A DNA stretch of 37,152 nucleotides, taken from contig JAGVZV010000009.1 of the NCBI GenBank assembly GCA_018302265.1, positions 1 to 37,152 of the forward strand, written 5' to 3'. The notes beneath the pieces were generated by a model that did not search any database, was not told the DNA's origin, and saw nothing but the letters and a program-made list of their open reading frames with translations. Below are positions 33,756 through 37,152 of this stretch, piece by piece; the first letter of the stretch is position 1; every line of letters begins with the position of its first letter. The stretch comes from Candidatus Woesearchaeota archaeon. GTDB lineage: Archaea; Nanobdellota; Nanobdellia; SCGC-AAA011-G17; JAFCDX01. A program made the position numbers and the translations under genes.

Positions 33756-34048
33756 ATGGAACCTCGGGAGGATTAGTGGAGAAAACCCAACCAAGAATAG
33801 ATCAGGACTTTTGCGGGAGATTGTGCACTCTGTATTTAAGTGCAAAACCAGAGGCGAGTTTTGAAGATTGGTTGAGAGACTATAGGATGATAGAAGATAT
33901 TTTATTGGAGAAGCTTGCTACAGTTCCATCATGGAAATTTGGTTTATTTCAATTAACAGAGGAATATTTTTCTGGAGCAATCAGAAATGGCGGACCAGAT
34001 GCTAAAGGATTACAGGAATATCTTCAAACAAAATCAAATCCATGGTAA
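33752..34048 (+). CDS. small hypothetical protein (98 aa)
   Basis: ATGA overlap with the upstream stop (33752-33755). The longer track ORF from 33548 lies inside the upstream gene and is rejected. Confidence 0.45.
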   Translation: MNGTSGGLVEKTQPRIDQDFCGRLCTLYLSAKPEASFEDWLRDYRMIEDILLEKLATVPSWKFGLFQLTEEYFSGAIRNGGPDAKGLQEYLQTKSNPW

Positions 34049-34084
34049 CAATAATTATTTAAATGCGTGTTCGTATAATTGAGG

Positions 34085-34912
34085 ATGGATAAAAAAGAGG
34101 TTCTTGATAAAATAAACACAGAATTGCAGATTCAGGGAAAAAGCAAGCAGACGCAGAAGGCTTATTGTTATTTCAATGAAAAATTTTTGGATTTTATAAA
34201 TAAAACCCCAGAAAAGATAGAAGAAGGCGATGTCAAAAAATTCCTGGCTAATCTGCTTTCCAATAAAAAATATGATCCTGCATCTGTCGGGCTTGCAAGA
34301 AGTGCATTAAAATTCTTCTATGATAATATACTTAAAACAAAGATAATGGCAGATATAAAAACTCCAAAGAAGCAGAGGAAACTGCCTGATGTTTTGACAA
34401 GGGATGAAGTAAAAAAATTAATTGAAGAGGCAGGTTCTTTGAGGAATAAATTGCTTATAGAATTGATGTATTCTTCCGGATTAAGAGTCAGCGAGTGCGC
34501 ATCCCTGAAAATAAATGATTTGAACCTTAGTGATAAAACAGGGCTGTTAAAGCTAGGAAAGGGAGGAAAGGACAGATTTTTTGTTTTATCATCTAAGATG
34601 ATAGATGATCTAAAAGAGCACATAAAAGACAAGAAGGATTCGGATTATATTTTTTCAGGCGTCAATGGTTCTCTTGGCGTTCGTGCAGTGCAAAGAGTTA
34701 TTTCAAGGATTGCTGTAAGGGCAGGGATCAAGAAAAGAGTTTACTGCCATTTACTGAGGCATGCATTTGCAACGCATTTATTGGAGGGTGGAACTGATAT
34801 CAGATTGATACAGGAATTGATGGGGCATAGCTCGCTTACAACAACGCAGTTCTATACCAAGGTTTCTAAAGAACAATTAAAGACCGTTAAAAATCCTCTG
34901 GATAGCTTATGA
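34085..34912 (+). CDS. xerA: tyrosine recombinase, XerA/XerCD-like
   Basis: Catalytic region SGLRVSECASL ... HLLRHAFATHLLEGGTDIRLIQELMGHSSLTTTQFYTKV (R...HxxR...H...Y). ATG at 34085; the track start at 34079 is a TTG. Confidence 0.85.
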   Translation: MDKKEVLDKINTELQIQGKSKQTQKAYCYFNEKFLDFINKTPEKIEEGDVKKFLANLLSNKKYDPASVGLARSALKFFYDNILKTKIMADIKTPKKQRKLPDVLTRDEVKKLIEEAGSLRNKLLIELMYSSGLRVSECASLKINDLNLSDKTGLLKLGKGGKDRFFVLSSKMIDDLKEHIKDKKDSDYIFSGVNGSLGVRAVQRVISRIAVRAGIKKRVYCHLLRHAFATHLLEGGTDIRLIQELMGHSSLTTTQFYTKVSKEQLKTVKNPLDSL

Positions 34913-35254
34913 TTATTCAATTGGGTTGAAAGTGTCATCTTCAATGATACTGTCAAGATGTTCTTTTTGAAATTGCAAATCTCCTCTTAAACCAGAGCCA
35001 AATTTTTGGATGTTGTTAAGACGCATAAATCTTTGAGATATAACCCCTGCAAGATTTTCAGATGCTGATTGTTCTGTCTCTCCTCTTGCAGTAAAAGTTA
35101 CTTCTCTTCCTTCTGGTAGGGGGATGGTATAAGTTGCAGTATATCCTGCAGAATCTTCAGACAACATTATTTTTAATGAAGTTTTTAGTGGATATAAGGG
35201 TATATTTGTAATTTCTGCTGCCCTTGCATTCAGGTATTTCTGATTTGCTTCCAT
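34913..35254 (-). CDS. hypothetical protein
   Basis: 113-aa ORF, convergent with and abutting the xerA stop codon. No motif recognised. Confidence 0.4.
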   Translation of the reverse strand: MEANQKYLNARAAEITNIPLYPLKTSLKIMLSEDSAGYTATYTIPLPEGREVTFTARGETEQSASENLAGVISQRFMRLNNIQKFGSGLRGDLQFQKEHLDSIIEDDTFNPIE

Positions 35255-35396
35255 TTTAAGTACCTAGAATTAATCTGAGGTTTTCACCTCTCTTACTATC
35301 GTACGGATAGGATTTATAATGGTTTCTATGGGTATTTTATAAAGGTTGTTTTATAGTCAATAAATATTTAAATAGACAATATTAATCTTAATTAAG

Positions 35397-35618
35397 ATGG
35401 AACACGGAGAAGGAGATTATGGCAGACCAGAAGAACATTATGGTTTACCAGAGGATTTATCCTATATGGGATCTGTCCCAAGACATCCAAATATATGTGG
35501 TCCTAGCTGCTCTTTGTATACTGCCCAAACAGAGAGGGGTGGTTTGTGCCAAGGAAAAGGGGTTGTAAAAAAGGGAGACCTATGCGGGCTAGAAAAGGCT
35601 GTCTTGAGAGGCAATTAA
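35397..35618 (+). CDS. hypothetical Gly/Pro/Cys-rich small protein
   Basis: 73-aa ORF. The TATA-like AATATTTAAATA is centred about 29 nt upstream of the ATG, which is leaderless spacing. Confidence 0.35.
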   Translation: MEHGEGDYGRPEEHYGLPEDLSYMGSVPRHPNICGPSCSLYTAQTERGGLCQGKGVVKKGDLCGLEKAVLRGN

Positions 35619-35646
35619 TTCTTTTTAATGAAGTTTAAACAAGGAT

Positions 35647-36060
35647 TTAAAATAAATTTTTAAACCAGTTTATTATTTTAGCAAAGAATCCTTCCTGTGG
35701 TTCTACTGTATTAGTTTCTGAATTAGCTTCTGTTACAATAACATTCCCAGTAACCAATATATTTCCTATATCTGATGGAACTTTTTGACTTCCAGTAACG
35801 CACTTACCATTTTCACACATTTCTCCCGATTTACAGGATTTTATTATTTTATCATATTTTACACAAACATCATTTTGATATCTTTGGTATACTGCATTAT
35901 AATCATACTTGCAGAATGGTTCTCCTACAAACATTGGTTCGCAACTTGCCTTTATATTAACAGGAACTGCCTTTGGTATCCCTGAAATGTCTGCTGCGTA
36001 TATACTGAATGATAAAAGTATTAAAATTACGAATAACCCAAATATTAATCTGGTTTTCAT
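35647..36060 (-). CDS. small secreted Cys-rich protein
   Basis: Signal peptide MKTRLIFGLFVILILLSFSIYA-AD, followed by 8 Cys in the mature part. Confidence 0.55.
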   Translation of the reverse strand: MKTRLIFGLFVILILLSFSIYAADISGIPKAVPVNIKASCEPMFVGEPFCKYDYNAVYQRYQNDVCVKYDKIIKSCKSGEMCENGKCVTGSQKVPSDIGNILVTGNVIVTEANSETNTVEPQEGFFAKIINWFKNLF

Positions 36061-36119
36061 CGTTTAACTAAGCGTTTATTCTTTATAAAGATTTCATACA
36101 CATTTATACATACAATGTT

Positions 36120-36152
36120 AGGTGACTACAAATAACCCAAATGTAGTCACCT
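36120..36152. repeat. perfect 11-bp inverted repeat (AGGTGACTACA / TGTAGTCACCT) with an 11-nt loop
   Basis: Read directly from the sequence. Lies in the intergenic region between the Fic gene stop and the start of the secreted protein gene. Confidence 0.9.
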
Positions 36153-36237
36153 GTCACAAAAATAGATCTTACCTCTATATTTTATTTTTTATTTGTAAAG
36201 GGGTAAACGCTTAATAAGAATATGTATGTCTACATTT

Positions 36238-37140
36238 TTAAATTGAAGTTTCTTCTGTAGACATGAGAGAAATAATAAGATTGATCATCTTTTTCAGATT
36301 TCCGTTCCTTCCGGTTTCCAAGGCATCATAATATTCCAATCTTCTTTTTACAGGAATATTTATCATAGGAAAATCATTTTTATGGAGCATAAAGTCTATT
36401 AACAATCTTCCAGTTCTCCCATTACCATCAACAAAAGGGTGTATTGACTCAAATGCACAATGAAAATATGCAGCAATAATAACTGGATGTAACCTTTTTT
36501 TATTTTTATCGTACCATCTTATTAGAGCAGCCATTTCTTTTTTTACTTCCTCTGGTTTTGGCGGTGTAAAAGACGCTCCCCTTATATACACCTGTAATGG
36601 CCTGTAGATTCCTGTGAAAGATTCTAATTCTTTTTTTAGTGTATTTGTAACAATAATATTTTGTATTTGACAGATAAACTCTTTGTTTATATCTTCGTCA
36701 TAATTTATCAAAAAATCAAATGCTTTTTTATGATTTATAGCTTCATTAATCTCTCTTGGAGATTTTCCTGCAGGGGTTATATTATCAAATAAAATTGCAG
36801 CAGTTTCCTTTAATGTTAAAGTAGATCCTTCTATAGCATTAGAATCATAAGTAAATCTGGATATAAATGCCTCATATTTTATATCAAAATTACTTTTACA
36901 TGACTGTTTGTGATTTTTTTTAATGGTTTCTAGCGAGTCAATCTCTTTTTTAGACAATACTTTTTGCAGAGGTTTACCAAGCCCGATATCCATTTCTTCT
37001 TCTAATCTTTTTAATTCTTCATTGGTTAAATTTTTACCAAGATATCTTCTGATCTTACTTATTTTATTTCCCTCTCTTTTGGATAAGGATCTGTAATAAT
37101 ACTTGCTCTTTCCGCGCTCTTGTATCTCTGTGTAAGACAT
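36238..37140 (-). CDS. Fic/DOC family protein (AMPylase-type)
   Basis: Canonical Fic motif HPFVDGNGRTGRLL. Confidence 0.85.
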   Translation of the reverse strand: MSYTEIQERGKSKYYYRSLSKREGNKISKIRRYLGKNLTNEELKRLEEEMDIGLGKPLQKVLSKKEIDSLETIKKNHKQSCKSNFDIKYEAFISRFTYDSNAIEGSTLTLKETAAILFDNITPAGKSPREINEAINHKKAFDFLINYDEDINKEFICQIQNIIVTNTLKKELESFTGIYRPLQVYIRGASFTPPKPEEVKKEMAALIRWYDKNKKRLHPVIIAAYFHCAFESIHPFVDGNGRTGRLLIDFMLHKNDFPMINIPVKRRLEYYDALETGRNGNLKKMINLIISLMSTEETSI

Positions 37141-37152
37141 AGTATTTGTATG

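Noticed and set aside
34049-34084. Search for a dif-like XerA recombination site just upstream of xerA.
   Set aside because: Only a short ATTTAAAT palindrome is present. There is no pair of about 11-bp inverted arms with a 6-bp spacer that I could defend.
35255-35640. Possibility that the relatively G+C-richer 35397-35618 segment is a structured ncRNA (SRP RNA or RNase P RNA) rather than a CDS.
   Set aside because: I could not find the conserved SRP domain IV or RNase P core motifs. A TATA-like element sits at leaderless distance from the ATG. It is kept as a low-confidence CDS.
1-37152. CRISPR arrays, rRNA genes and transposase-bearing IS elements.
   Set aside because: No regularly spaced direct repeats, no rRNA-like conserved stretches and no transposase-like ORFs were seen. 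The only exact repeats are the 42-bp tandem, the 19-bp direct repeat and the short inverted repeats reported above.

Overview
AT-rich (roughly one-third G+C by eye) archaeal chromosomal segment. The archaeal assignment rests on an LSm + ribosomal protein eL37 operon, eS1 (S3Ae), uS15 (S13e type), a RecJ/GAN-like DHH nuclease, RPA, a XerA-type recombinase and bulge-helix-bulge tRNA introns. Small tightly packed genes, a giant secreted protein and many pilin-like genes suggest a DPANN-like lineage; this is inference only.

Two accessory blocks dominate the window.

(1) 17666-29316, minus strand: a co-directional type IV pilus-like locus. It holds a FlaI/PilB/VirB11-family ATPase split by a 514-aa LAGLIDADG intein, a two-repeat GspF/FlaJ/TadC-like platform protein and 11 downstream genes with class III (prepilin-like) or anchor-type N-termini. 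One of these carries an AmpD/PGRP-type N-acetylmuramoyl-L-alanine amidase domain, which is unexpected in an archaeon.

(2) 1649-11023, minus strand: an operon-like run. It opens with a 77-aa prepilin-like fragment that overlaps a signal-less 610-aa ORF (possible frameshift, and it contains a perfect 42-bp tandem duplication). A 2021-aa Cys-rich secreted giant, a lipoprotein and a polytopic membrane protein follow.

All four tRNA genes carry introns. By hand folding, two have 13-nt non-canonical introns inside the 5' strand of the anticodon stem, with the same helix-bulge architecture.

Other content: a HEPN/nucleotidyltransferase pair and a free-standing LAGLIDADG-like ORF, each next to a tRNA; three tandem paralogous membrane proteins; a TraB + degenerate S2P-like pair; and a Fic protein. 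No CRISPR array or rRNA was seen. All calls come from motif reading and manual folding, with no searches run.
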